A stretch of DNA of 55,089 nt. Source: Patescibacteria group bacterium UBA926 (lineage in GTDB: Bacteria > Patescibacteriota > Doudnabacteria > UBA920). The position numbers and the translations under genes are program-made. Below are positions 21,473 through 30,951 of the stretch, one piece after another. Numbering within the stretch: position 1 is the stretch's first letter; every line of letters begins with the position of its first letter. The DNA is taken from NCBI GenBank assembly GCA_002293685.1, contig DBDS01000004.1, forward strand, positions 100,479 through 155,567, read 5' to 3'. The notes under the pieces are model-generated. The model did no database searches. It had not been told where the DNA came from and was given only the letters and a program-made list of their open reading frames with translations.

Positions 21473-21889
21473 GTGAAAGCAAAAACAGCTAAGATTTCTC
21501 AGGCAGCCTTTTTGGGTTTGCTAAGTGAACTTGGTGATGCAATGGATGAGAAAGACTACACTTTAGTCGACGAAATGTTGACTACTTACCCGGCATTGAT
21601 CCGTCATCGTGACGGACATTGTGAGGAGCCATTGATTATGGCTATACGCCGCTGGGATCCACGTCTCGTAAGTATTTGCATGAAGCACGGTTCAAGTCCA
21701 CAAGACACGCACCAGTGCTCCAAAGATTCGAAACCTAAGAATGCATACTTGATTGCTTCGAATATCTTAACTAGAAAGATCAAAAGTCTTTCTACTGATT
21801 CCAAGCAATACGAACTTGAATTCGCAAGGTACAGAGAAATCCTTCGTGAAATGGTGTGCTCTCAACCCTTCAAAGCAAGTGGTTCATAA
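21473..21889 (+). CDS. Hypothetical protein, ankyrin-like
   Basis: AGGAGG SD before GTG; EPLIMAI..LVSICMKHGS resembles an ankyrin repeat. Confidence 0.6.
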   Translation: MKAKTAKISQAAFLGLLSELGDAMDEKDYTLVDEMLTTYPALIRHRDGHCEEPLIMAIRRWDPRLVSICMKHGSSPQDTHQCSKDSKPKNAYLIASNILTRKIKSLSTDSKQYELEFARYREILREMVCSQPFKASGS

Positions 21890-21903
21890 GTTTTAGCTTT
21901 TTA

Positions 21904-21932
21904 TTGACAAAATCCCCACAGTTCGCTAGAAT
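21904..21932 (+). promoter_or_regulatory. sigma70 promoter of rplU
   Basis: TTGACA-17 bp-TAGAAT. Confidence 0.75.
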
Positions 21933-22033
21933 TGTGGGGTATTTAATTCGACGAAGTCGTTCAGGTCTCCGCATTCGTGAGGATAAACTCCGGCGGGAAT
22001 CCAATAATATTAGTTTTTAAATAATTACATTAT

Positions 22034-22342
22034 ATGTCATTTGCAGTATTTGCGACCGGCGGCAAACAATATTTGGTTGCTAAAGGGGATAAAATTCAAG
22101 TTGAAAAGCTCGAAGGAGTCGCTGGAGACAAAGTCACTTTTGACCAAGTCCTAGCTACTATTTCTGATAAAGACGCTGAACTCGGCAAACCGGTCTTAAC
22201 AGGTAAGAGCGTGGAAGCTACTATCGTTAAGCAAGGCCGAGGAAAGAAAATCGAAGTGTTAAAGTACAAGCCAAAGAGCAAGTACCGACGCAAGATTGGA
22301 CACCGTCAAGCTTACACTGAAATTGAAATCACAAAGATTTAA
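22034..22342 (+). CDS. rplU: 50S ribosomal protein L21
   Basis: TGGKQY, GHRQ.YT. Confidence 0.98.
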   Translation: MSFAVFATGGKQYLVAKGDKIQVEKLEGVAGDKVTFDQVLATISDKDAELGKPVLTGKSVEATIVKQGRGKKIEVLKYKPKSKYRRKIGHRQAYTEIEITKI

Positions 22343-22350
22343 ATTTTTAT

Positions 22351-22382
22351 AAAAACTACTCATTCTTAATGAGTAGTTTTTT
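22351..22382. terminator. Bidirectional terminator
   Basis: AAAAACTACTCATT-CTT-AATGAGTAGTTTTTT. Confidence 0.8.
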
Positions 22383-22468
22383 GTTAAGAAAATTTAAACC
22401 CCCGCGAAGGCGGGGATCCACAAAATGAATACCGTAAGGGATTTTGTTTTTTTACCCCGCCTGTGTTT

Positions 22469-22810
22469 TTTAAACCCCCGCTAACGCGGGAGGTTTTGTA
22501 TAAGTAGTGGCACAAGTGATATCTTTCGTCGAGCCGCAGGGCTACGCTTCAAGTAATTTTCTTTAGAAAATTACTTGAGCTGGGCCCAGAGCCTCTCCTT
22601 TAAGATATCCCTTGCACCACTTAAAAGAGAGGGGAAGAAGAATGTATTTCTCTTCCCATCACTTTTATTTAGCCAGTAGGTTTGCAGAGTGAAATCCTTT
22701 GGGCACAGTACGCCCAAATCGCTTTGCGATTTGAAGTGGACGTAGCCCAACAGATTGAGCGGCAAACCTACTGGCGAATATCCAAAACCCCCGCGTCAGC
22801 GGGGGTTAAA
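22469..22810. mobile_element. Putative MITE-like or structured element with ~32-bp terminal inverted repeats and two internal rod hairpins
   Basis: TTTAAACCCCCGCTAACGCGGGAGGTTTTG versus the reverse complement of the right end, TTTAACCCCCGCTGACGCGGGGGTTTTG. Confidence 0.55.
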
Positions 22811-22816
22811 TTAAAA

Positions 22817-23539
22817 TTATTTCTTTGCTCGGTTATAAGCCCACTCGTTGGCGCGATAGTAACTTTCAAAAGTTCCTGCATCAATCCAGTCTCCGTCCAT
22901 GATTTCTACATTGAGTTCGCCTTGATTTAGATACCAATTATTTAAGTCGGTAATTTCTAGTTCGCCACGCGCCGACGGTTTTAGACTTTTTGCTACCTCT
23001 ACTACGCGGTTATCGTAAATGTAAATTCCTGTGACTGCAAAATTGGAAATAAACTCTTTAGGCTTTTCAATAATTAGTTCAGCTTGTTTTTGATCATTGA
23101 ACTTAACCACTCCAAATCTTTCAGGATCTGGAACTTCTTTGGCAAATACTGTAGCGCCGCCTTTGAAGTTAGTAATCGCATCTGTTAAATCCGCTTCGAA
23201 CAAGTTATCTCCTAAAATCAAAGTCACATTGTCACCATCATCTAAAAAGTTTTCTCCTAAAATGAATGCTTGCGCTAGTCCATCTGGTGAATCTTGGATT
23301 TCGTATGTAAAGCGAACATCTTTACCGAACTCTTTTCCAGAGCCTAATACTTTCATGTAGTCACCGCAGTGATCTGGCGCCACGATAATTAAAATTTCTT
23401 TGACTCCAGCCGAAAGTAATTTTTCGAGTGGGTAGTATATCATCGGCTTGTCGTAAATCGGCAAGAGTTGTTTTGATGTAACTTTGGTTAAAGGGCGGAG
23501 TCTAGTACCAGCTCCACCAGATAAAATTATTCCTTTCAT
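22817..23539 (-). CDS. rfbA: Glucose-1-phosphate thymidylyltransferase (short form)
   Basis: GIILSGG.GTRL.PLT, SKQLLPIYDKPMI, SARGELEITD. Confidence 0.93.
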   Translation of the reverse strand: MKGIILSGGAGTRLRPLTKVTSKQLLPIYDKPMIYYPLEKLLSAGVKEILIIVAPDHCGDYMKVLGSGKEFGKDVRFTYEIQDSPDGLAQAFILGENFLDDGDNVTLILGDNLFEADLTDAITNFKGGATVFAKEVPDPERFGVVKFNDQKQAELIIEKPKEFISNFAVTGIYIYDNRVVEVAKSLKPSARGELEITDLNNWYLNQGELNVEIMDGDWIDAGTFESYYRANEWAYNRAKK

Positions 23540-23554
23540 AGTTTTGAAACGACA

Positions 23555-23663
23555 TTCAATTTTGGAAAACTTCTTTGTCGTAAGCTCCGCTACTCACTGA
23601 CCGTAACTTTTATTACGCTTCGTTCGCTGCTCGCTTACTTCGCGAACTTTCCTCAAAATTGAA
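23555..23663. repeat. Intergenic imperfect palindromic element
   Basis: TTCAATTTTG...CAAAATTGAA ends; internal GTAAGC/GCTTAC and CGTAA/TTACG arms. Confidence 0.55.
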
Positions 23664-23673
23664 AGCCTTGAAG

Positions 23674-24507
23674 TTAGTTATTTAAGTATTCTTCTAATGC
23701 CTCTTGCCACGAACGTATTTTTGGCAGCTTTGTGTTGTTGAGTAATTCGTAATTGGGGCGGCGAGCTGCTCTTTGGAAACTGGAGCCTAGTGCTTCTTCG
23801 CACTCGACATCCATATCCATGATTTGATAAATCTTTTTTGCCCAGTCGAGTCGGGAAGCTTGACCTTCATTAATTAAATGATAAATTCCAGAGGTTTGTT
23901 CAGAATTGATAAGCTCGAGAGTGGCCTCAGCAAGATCTTTTGCCCAGGTTGGCTTACCGATTTCGTCGGTAACACCTTTTACTTTACCAGACTTTCCCAA
24001 TTCTATCATCAATTCAACAAAGCTTTTTTTGGCTGTTTTGGTAGCTGGTTTGCCGTAAAGCCACTCTGTTCGGATGATAAAATATTTACCCCCAACTTCT
24101 TGAATTGCCTTTTCGCCGAGCAATTTACTTTCGCCATATTTATTGACGGGATTGGTTAGAGCTTCTTCGGAATAGCCTTCAGCATTAGTCCCATCGAACA
24201 CCATTCCTGTGCTGAAGTGAATTAAAGTTGAATTAGATTCCCTGCAAGCTTCGGCTAAATTTTTTACAGCGTCTGCGTTTAATAATTTTGCGGAATCAAA
24301 ATCTGTTTCTGCACCGTCAACATTAGTGTATGCCGAGCAATTAATTACCACTTCAAAATTATGCTGGTGAATGAAATTTTTTGTTGATTCAAAATCGGTT
24401 ACATCAAAATCAGGACGGTCGGCGAGAGCGATGTTATTCTTGGGAACAAGTTTGGCAAATTCGGAACCCAAAGTACCACGACTACCGATTAGTAAAATGT
24501 TAGACAT
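23674..24507 (-). CDS. rfbD: dTDP-4-dehydrorhamnose reductase
   Basis: G..GTLG, AYTNVD.AE, YGESK, RTEWLYG. Confidence 0.93.
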   Translation of the reverse strand: MSNILLIGSRGTLGSEFAKLVPKNNIALADRPDFDVTDFESTKNFIHQHNFEVVINCSAYTNVDGAETDFDSAKLLNADAVKNLAEACRESNSTLIHFSTGMVFDGTNAEGYSEEALTNPVNKYGESKLLGEKAIQEVGGKYFIIRTEWLYGKPATKTAKKSFVELMIELGKSGKVKGVTDEIGKPTWAKDLAEATLELINSEQTSGIYHLINEGQASRLDWAKKIYQIMDMDVECEEALGSSFQRAARRPNYELLNNTKLPKIRSWQEALEEYLNN

Positions 24508-24512
24508 GGTAT

Positions 24513-25070
24513 TTAATTAAATTTATTTGGAAAAACTTCTCGCAACAATGGATGTTGTTTATCTGCGTCGGACACAATCGGTTCTGTAGTTTGCCAGTTA
24601 ATTCCTAAGTCGGGATCTTGAAAATTAACATAAGTCTCTTTCCCTGGTGCCCAGTAGTCAGTTGTGAGATAGCAGTAGTCGGCTATATCGCTGGTGACAA
24701 CGAAAGCGTTGCCCATTCCGGCTGGAACGAATACACTTCGGAAATTTTCTTCTCCTAAAGCTATCGAAATATGTTTGCCGAAAGTTTCAGAATCAGGACG
24801 AGTATCAACAACAACTTGTTGAACGTTACCTCTGTACACAGTTACCAATTTATTCCACGGCGCTATGTGAATGCCTCGCAGTATATTTTTTTCGGAGCGT
24901 GAGTGATTGGTTTGGACTGGTTCAAAAGAAAAACCTAAACGAGTATCCAAGTCAGTTTTACGGTAGAGCTCGCGAAAGAAACCGCGTTCGTCGCCATGGA
25001 CAGGGCGCTCTATAATAAATACTCCAGCTAACTCAGTTTCAGTTATGTAATCTTGATTTTGTTCGGACAT
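24513..25070 (-). CDS. rfbC: dTDP-4-dehydrorhamnose 3,5-epimerase
   Basis: DERGFF, Q.NHS.S...LRGIH. Confidence 0.93.
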   Translation of the reverse strand: MSEQNQDYITETELAGVFIIERPVHGDERGFFRELYRKTDLDTRLGFSFEPVQTNHSRSEKNILRGIHIAPWNKLVTVYRGNVQQVVVDTRPDSETFGKHISIALGEENFRSVFVPAGMGNAFVVTSDIADYCYLTTDYWAPGKETYVNFQDPDLGINWQTTEPIVSDADKQHPLLREVFPNKFN

Positions 25071-25076
25071 AGAAAT

Positions 25077-26087
25077 CTATTTTAAAACTTCCTCACCCTT
25101 AGTTTGATAAAACTGCTCACTTTCTTCGGCCAGTGGTTTCCACCAAGACTGATTATTTTTGTACCACTCAACTGTTTGCTCGAGCCATTCATCAAAAGTA
25201 TGTTGTGGTTCCCAGCCAAGCTCTTTATTAATCTTAGTCCAATCGACATCGTATTTAACATCATGACCTGGGCGGTCGGTGACAAGTTCAATTCGATCTT
25301 CTGGTAAATCCATAATCTTTAGTAACTTGTGAGCGACTTCAATGTTGCTAATTCCTTTTGCTAAACCACCAACGCAGTAAGTTTCGCCGAGTTTGCCTTT
25401 TTGTAAAATTAAATCTATTGCGCGGCAATGGTCATTAACATGAAGCCAGTCGCGAACTTGATTACCTGGTGTGTACAATCGAATATTTTCACCTTGCAAC
25501 AATCTTATAATGGAGCGGGGGATAAACTTTTCAGGATAGTGATACGGTCCAAAGTTGTTACTGCAGTTACTAATCGTGATTGGTAAACCAAAAGTGTGAG
25601 CGTAAGCACGCACCATGTGATCCGAACCAGCTTTGCTCGCTGAATAAGGGCTACTTGGTTTGTAAGAAGAGTCTTCGTTGAACTTCCAATCTGCTTCAAG
25701 TGGGATATCTCCAAAAACTTCATCAGTTGAAATGTGATGAAAGCGTGAAATTTTTAATCGACGGGCGGTTTCAAGTAACACGTGAGTTCCTAGTGCGTTC
25801 GATCGCGTGAATACATACGGGTCATGAATACTGCGGTCTACATGAGACTCTGCCGCAAAATGAACAACGCAATCTACTCCTGTCATCACTTTCGCAACCA
25901 ATTCTTCGTCTATAATATCGCCTTCAACAAAATTGATTTTGTCCTTAATTGAATCTAGCGTCGATAAATTCCCAGCGTAGGTGAGTTTATCTAAAACGGT
26001 AATCTCATCTTCGGGATGAGTTTTTACCCAGTAGTGAACAAAATTAGAGCCAATAAACCCAGCTCCGCCTGTAATTAATAGTTTCAT
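25077..26087 (-). CDS. rfbB: dTDP-glucose 4,6-dehydratase
   Basis: TGGAGFIGSNF, HFAAESHVDRS, STDEV, YSASK; start reassigned to MKLLITG. Confidence 0.96.
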   Translation of the reverse strand: MKLLITGGAGFIGSNFVHYWVKTHPEDEITVLDKLTYAGNLSTLDSIKDKINFVEGDIIDEELVAKVMTGVDCVVHFAAESHVDRSIHDPYVFTRSNALGTHVLLETARRLKISRFHHISTDEVFGDIPLEADWKFNEDSSYKPSSPYSASKAGSDHMVRAYAHTFGLPITISNCSNNFGPYHYPEKFIPRSIIRLLQGENIRLYTPGNQVRDWLHVNDHCRAIDLILQKGKLGETYCVGGLAKGISNIEVAHKLLKIMDLPEDRIELVTDRPGHDVKYDVDWTKINKELGWEPQHTFDEWLEQTVEWYKNNQSWWKPLAEESEQFYQTKGEEVLK

Positions 26088-26147
26088 ATAATTCATTTTA
26101 ACAAACCCGAAGCAAACAAAAAAGCGGACAAAAATCGTCCGCAAGAC

Positions 26148-26294
26148 TTACTTGGCATGAATATGATTATCTCGATTGATTGATGTCATAAATCGATCGC
26201 AGGCTTCCATGCCAAAGCAGGCGAAAATCATTAAAGTAGTAAGCAGTACTGGCTTCAACAGCCGAAAAATACTTTCCCATATTTTATTTTGCAT
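26148..26294 (-). CDS. Small hydrophobic protein (48 aa)
   Basis: GAGGAGGCAGGAGG upstream of ATG at 26294; one hydrophobic helix. Confidence 0.5.
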   Translation of the reverse strand: MQNKIWESIFRLLKPVLLTTLMIFACFGMEACDRFMTSINRDNHIHAK

Positions 26295-26390
26295 AAATCC
26301 TCCTGCCTCCTCAATGTTGTATAGTATAGACGATTTTAGATTTTGGTCAATGCTGTGGGCTCGGTTGATGAAGTTTGATAAACTGTACTT

Positions 26391-27389
26391 ATGGCAAAAG
26401 TCGCTCTGATACAAGTGATTTACAATTCGCTCAGATTTATTCCTAAGGTTTTTCCAGCGGTTTTAGCGCAGTCTCATCCGGACTGTGATTTTTATGTAGT
26501 GGTTGCGGCGAATGATGATGGTGGTAAAGAATACATTCAGAAACACTACCCTCAAGTTAAGATTATTGACCCTGGTTACAATATTGGTTTTTCAAAAGGA
26601 CACAATGAATTATTTGCTTCAATCGACGCTGACTTTTTTCAATTGATTAATCCTGATTTAGTGGTTACTCCAAACTTTGTGGAAGAAATGTTGAAACCAT
26701 TTGATAACCCTAAAGTTGGAGCAGTTAGTGGGAAAATCCTTCGATATGATTTTGAGAAAGACGAGCCAACAAACTTTATTGATACAACAGGTGTAGTGAT
26801 TCAGAAATCAGGTCGCGGCCGCGATCGTGGCCAGCACGAACTAGACGAAGGTCAATACGACAGGCTCACCAATATTATCGCGGTTAGTGGTGCGGCCGCT
26901 ATGTATCGCAAAGCTGCCTTAGAAGATGTGAAATATTTACGTGCTGATGGTCGCATTGAATATTTCGACGAAGATTTCCATTCTTATTGGGAAGATGTTG
27001 ATTTGTCTTGGCGTATGGTTAACCGCGCTTGGAAAATTAAGTACGCTCCAGATGCCGTTGCATATCATGGACGTGCCGCTGGTTCAAATAAAGGCGGTTA
27101 TAAAAAAGTTTTTTCGTTCATCAAACATCACCGTGCAATACCCGAGCGAATTCGCAAACTTAATTACAAAAACCACTTGTTTCTGTTTATTAAAAATTCA
27201 CCGCACTGGTATTGGCAATTTTTTGCTCGCGAATTCTTTTACAATTGCTATGTGTTGATTTTAGAAACATCAACCCTAAAAGTTCTTCCGCAATTTTTTC
27301 GTCAATTGCCAACAATGTGGCGAAAGCGAAAATACATTCAACGTCATCGTAAAATCTCAGTTGATGAGATGGAGAAATTATTTTCATGA
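26391..27389 (+). CDS. Family 2 glycosyltransferase (possible rhamnosyltransferase)
   Basis: N.GF..GHN, INPD, FDEDF..YWEDVDL. Confidence 0.9.
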   Translation: MAKVALIQVIYNSLRFIPKVFPAVLAQSHPDCDFYVVVAANDDGGKEYIQKHYPQVKIIDPGYNIGFSKGHNELFASIDADFFQLINPDLVVTPNFVEEMLKPFDNPKVGAVSGKILRYDFEKDEPTNFIDTTGVVIQKSGRGRDRGQHELDEGQYDRLTNIIAVSGAAAMYRKAALEDVKYLRADGRIEYFDEDFHSYWEDVDLSWRMVNRAWKIKYAPDAVAYHGRAAGSNKGGYKKVFSFIKHHRAIPERIRKLNYKNHLFLFIKNSPHWYWQFFAREFFYNCYVLILETSTLKVLPQFFRQLPTMWRKRKYIQRHRKISVDEMEKLFS

Positions 27390-28285
27390 AACTCTCAGTA
27401 ATTATAGTGCCGTATAAATGTAAAGATGTGCTCGATGTAACTTTGGAAGCAGTCTATGCTTCGAAAGTTAATTTTGATTATGAAGTAATCATTTTGGATA
27501 ACGATTCAAATGACGGCACAGTCGAAATGGTTAACGAAAAATATTTGAGTAAGCCAGAAATTGCCGCACGAACAAAATTTATTGAGAATGGCGCTAACTT
27601 AGGTTTTCCGAAAGCCAATAACATCGGAATGAAACAGGCCAAGGGTGAATACATCTTATTACTAAACCCTGACACTAAAGTTGATTCAGATAATTTCCAA
27701 GTTATGATGGATTTTATGGAGTCACGACCTGATGTTGGAATCTCAACTTGTAAGTTGATGTTAGCAAGTGGGGGAATAGACCCAGCATCCCGTCGAAGCG
27801 AGCCTGATCCGAAAACTGCTTTTTATCGACTTAGCGGTTTGCAATATTTATTCCCAAAAAAATTTGGCACTTACAATGTGTTAAATAGTAATCTTGATGA
27901 AGAAAGCGAACTTGATGCGTGTGTCGGTGCGTATATGTTCATCAGTAGGGCTTGTTACGAAAAAACCGGCGGCTTCGACGAACGCTTTTATATGTACGGT
28001 GAAGATTTAGATTTATGTAAGCAAGCTCGTGAGCTTGGCTTTAAAGTATGGTATTACCCAAAAACAAGTTGTCTACATTTTAAGGGGCAATCTTCAAAAC
28101 GCGCACCGCAGTTGGCGCTATATGCTTTTCATGATGCAATGTGGATTTATTACGACAAGCATTACCGAAAGCAATACAATTTTCTGATGGATAGTTTTGT
28201 TTATGCAGGTGTTTGGGGAAGATATTACTGGAAGAGTTTCCGAAATTTACTTCGCCCAAAATCGGAAAAGTTTGTGAGCAAATAA
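27386..28285 (+). CDS. Family 2 glycosyltransferase (WbbL-like)
   Basis: DNDS.DGT, NLGF.KANN, LLNPD, GFDERFYMYGEDLD. Confidence 0.9.
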   Translation: MKLSVIIVPYKCKDVLDVTLEAVYASKVNFDYEVIILDNDSNDGTVEMVNEKYLSKPEIAARTKFIENGANLGFPKANNIGMKQAKGEYILLLNPDTKVDSDNFQVMMDFMESRPDVGISTCKLMLASGGIDPASRRSEPDPKTAFYRLSGLQYLFPKKFGTYNVLNSNLDEESELDACVGAYMFISRACYEKTGGFDERFYMYGEDLDLCKQARELGFKVWYYPKTSCLHFKGQSSKRAPQLALYAFHDAMWIYYDKHYRKQYNFLMDSFVYAGVWGRYYWKSFRNLLRPKSEKFVSK

Positions 28286-28373
28286 TTTATTTCTCATTTC
28301 GTTTTACGCTTGGGGTTGACTATGTGCTATAATTGTTGTAGAATAATATTTAATTTCTCTAAATTTTCATAAG

Positions 28374-29852
28374 ATGCCAGACGATAAGAAAAATTTGCAT
28401 GCTACTGATGGGGTTGCTGATTTACTTAATATGGGCAAAACCGAAGGTTATAAATCTGAAGATTCAGTGGCAGCTGAGGCTAGTTCAGAACGCGATACCG
28501 GTGGTTCAGCTATTAACTACGCCGAAAAATCTGTCACTGCTCCATCTAATCTTCCTATAGCGGAATCTTCTATTTCAGAATTACCGAAAGAGTTACAGCC
28601 AGTTGAACCAGTTGAAATCAAACCGGAAGGTGAAATTTCTGCTAAAGATTTTGAGACGGCCAGTTTAAAATCAATGCCCGACTTAAGTCAGCCAGCTACT
28701 CGCACTTTTGGCGGGGTTATAAAGTCCATCCTCCCTTACATTGCAATATTTGGTATCGGGATTGGTTTGTACTTTTTCTATTTCAGTGACTTCTCCTTCA
28801 ATAATTTATTTTCAGATAATCTGCGACTTGAATCATTAACTGCAGATGACCGCGATAAAAATGTTGCGCAAATTAAAGAGGATGTTCGAGCTGATTATAA
28901 TGTTTGGATTTCGCAATTCTTCGTTGGTGTGAACGATGAGTCCATTATCAGCATGGACACCGATGTTTCTGGAAACGGTTTAACTAACCTAGAAAAATAT
29001 TTGTTAAATTTGAACCCAAAAGTTTATTCGACACAAGGTGGTCAAAGCGATGGTCAGATGGTTATTTCGGATATCAACCCTTGGACAGGAAAACCTTTCA
29101 CTGAGAAGCAAAAAGAATTGGTTGATAAATATATTTACAAAGAACTAATTAGTAACCGAATTACTGCAGCAGCGATTACTCGCGGCGTTACTAAGTTCGC
29201 TCAGTACGTCACCGAAGACTCTCCTTACTACATAGATCCGCAGACTTTGGCTCAAGTTGGCGGCAATGGAAATGTTGTCGTAAACCCACCGCAAATTCCA
29301 ATGGGCGGGAACTCTCCAGGTAATAGCGGGTTGGAGCAAGTCACTCCGCCGCCTGCGCAAACTCCAAGCACACCAACCACGCTTCGACCAGAGCAGGGGA
29401 TTGATACTTCGAAACCAGGGCTTTTAGAAATTCCGGCTAACCGAATTTCGGTACCAATTATTTGGACAAAGGAAGTAAAAGATTTCGATGAAGATTTAAA
29501 GCGGGGAATTGTTCACTATCCAGGAACTGCTATGCCAGGTGAAGTTGGGCTATCATATATTTCTGGTCACTCGAGCGGTTACGTGTGGGACCGCAGTCCA
29601 TACAAAGAAGTTTTTGCAATTCTTGGACAGGTTACTGATGGAACTTCTTTCACTATCACAGCGACGCAGAACAACGGACAAACTGTAAGGTTCAACTATG
29701 TGGTGATTGGTAGGGCGGAATATGCAGCAAATGATCAGGCTCAGTTCGTTAGTACGGCCGAATCGCAGGTGGCATTGTCTACTTGTTGGCCTGTTGGAAC
29801 GGTTGATCGTCGTCTGGTTCTATACGCACAACTTACCCAAACTGAAAGATAA
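28374..29852 (+). CDS. Extended sortase
   Basis: C-terminal HYPGTAMPG..ISGHS, LSTCWP..RR catalytic triad; one TM; DTDVSGNGLTNLEKY repeat-like segment. Confidence 0.85.
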   Translation: MPDDKKNLHATDGVADLLNMGKTEGYKSEDSVAAEASSERDTGGSAINYAEKSVTAPSNLPIAESSISELPKELQPVEPVEIKPEGEISAKDFETASLKSMPDLSQPATRTFGGVIKSILPYIAIFGIGIGLYFFYFSDFSFNNLFSDNLRLESLTADDRDKNVAQIKEDVRADYNVWISQFFVGVNDESIISMDTDVSGNGLTNLEKYLLNLNPKVYSTQGGQSDGQMVISDINPWTGKPFTEKQKELVDKYIYKELISNRITAAAITRGVTKFAQYVTEDSPYYIDPQTLAQVGGNGNVVVNPPQIPMGGNSPGNSGLEQVTPPPAQTPSTPTTLRPEQGIDTSKPGLLEIPANRISVPIIWTKEVKDFDEDLKRGIVHYPGTAMPGEVGLSYISGHSSGYVWDRSPYKEVFAILGQVTDGTSFTITATQNNGQTVRFNYVVIGRAEYAANDQAQFVSTAESQVALSTCWPVGTVDRRLVLYAQLTQTER

Positions 29853-29873
29853 TCATATTCAAAATAGAAATAA

Positions 29874-29926
29874 ATCCTGGAAGCGAAGCTATCCGGGATC
29901 TAGACCCCGGCTCTTCGGCTGGGGTT
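29874..29926. repeat. Degenerate REP units
   Basis: ATCCTGGAAGCGAAGCTATCCGGGATCT followed by ACCCCGG..CTGGGGT. Confidence 0.6.
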
Positions 29927-29963
29927 TCGTTTATATAAGCCAAATTTTCATTATTAGGTATAC

Positions 29964-29992
29964 TTGACAAAACCCCCTAAATATGATAGTAT
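29964..29992 (+). promoter_or_regulatory. sigma70 promoter
   Basis: TTGACA-17 bp-TAGTAT with TG extension. Confidence 0.7.
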
Positions 29993-30040
29993 ATGCAGTC
30001 ATACTAAAACAGTATGAATTCAATGGTAGATTGAACCTAA

Positions 30041-30098
30041 TTTAACAAAAGTCATTCTGAGTTTAACAAAAGTCATTCTGAGCGTTAGCGAAGAATCT
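30041..30098 (+). repeat. REP half-unit with a 21-bp tandem duplication of its 5' end
   Basis: (TTTAACAAAAGTCATTCTGAG)x2 then CGTTAGCGAAGAATCT. Confidence 0.85.
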
Positions 30099-30256
30099 AG
30101 TGACAGACATATTTTTGCTCTTTTCCCCTGGTATTTAACTACAGTCAGGCCGGAAACGAGCAGAAACATGTCTGGCACCGCGCCAACAGTAGCCACGGCT
30201 GCCGTTCCACGGTATAGTCAAGACAAAGTTCTTTAAAAAATATCTTGGAGGATATC

Positions 30257-30940
30257 ATGAAAAAAGTTATTGTTTTAGCATTCGCACTCGTACTGGCCAG
30301 TTCAGCTTCAGCTCAGCAGCCTGCTGAGCGTCTAGCTGTTGTAGTATCTGGGTTCCAAAATGGACCCCAGGCGCTACAGATGATTGTAGATTACGCCCGG
30401 AATAAGGGCGGTGATCAATTTCAGATCGTTTCGCGTACAGACAACCCGGATTCCATTTTGGAAGTTCGGGCCTCGGTAACTATGACCAAATCTTGGTCAG
30501 AAGTTAACCGACGAGCGGTTACGCGTAACAGCGTTATGCGTGCTGGCAATCAAATCAGTCGAGATTTGATTTACTCTTTACCGGGTAATAATCGAATTGC
30601 TCGGACATTGAAAAACGCTGGTCAGAATGTCGCGCGCGGTCAATTTCAATCTCAAACTCGCCAAGAGTGGGAGCACTTCCAGAAATGGAGGGCTACCGTT
30701 GAGATTCGGATGATCGATACGAAGACACGAAAAGTGTATTCGTATGGGATTGGTCAAAAAAATGTCACCGTCCGAAATTATCGTGGCGGTGGCGAACCAC
30801 AAGTCATCCTGATCGAGGGTGATCTTAACAACGTGGATTTTGGTCAAGGCGCAAACCTTGACGGAAATCTTAGGCAAATCTTAGCCCTGTCGGCGTTCTT
30901 GGATGCCGACGCGGTTCAGAACCAGATCGTTCGTCAGTAG
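30257..30940 (+). CDS. Secreted hypothetical protein, weakly CsgG/HfaB-like
   Basis: GGAGG SD, signal peptide ending ASA-Q, ATVEIRMIDTKT strand motif. Confidence 0.65.
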   Translation: MKKVIVLAFALVLASSASAQQPAERLAVVVSGFQNGPQALQMIVDYARNKGGDQFQIVSRTDNPDSILEVRASVTMTKSWSEVNRRAVTRNSVMRAGNQISRDLIYSLPGNNRIARTLKNAGQNVARGQFQSQTRQEWEHFQKWRATVEIRMIDTKTRKVYSYGIGQKNVTVRNYRGGGEPQVILIEGDLNNVDFGQGANLDGNLRQILALSAFLDADAVQNQIVRQ

Positions 30941-30951
30941 GAGGTGAAACG

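Noticed and set aside
30145..30163. SRP RNA-like TCAGGCCGGAAACGAGCAG
   Set aside because: The apical stem is one base short, the flanks do not pair as in SRP helix 8, and the bases are explained by the longer 30100-30178 hairpin
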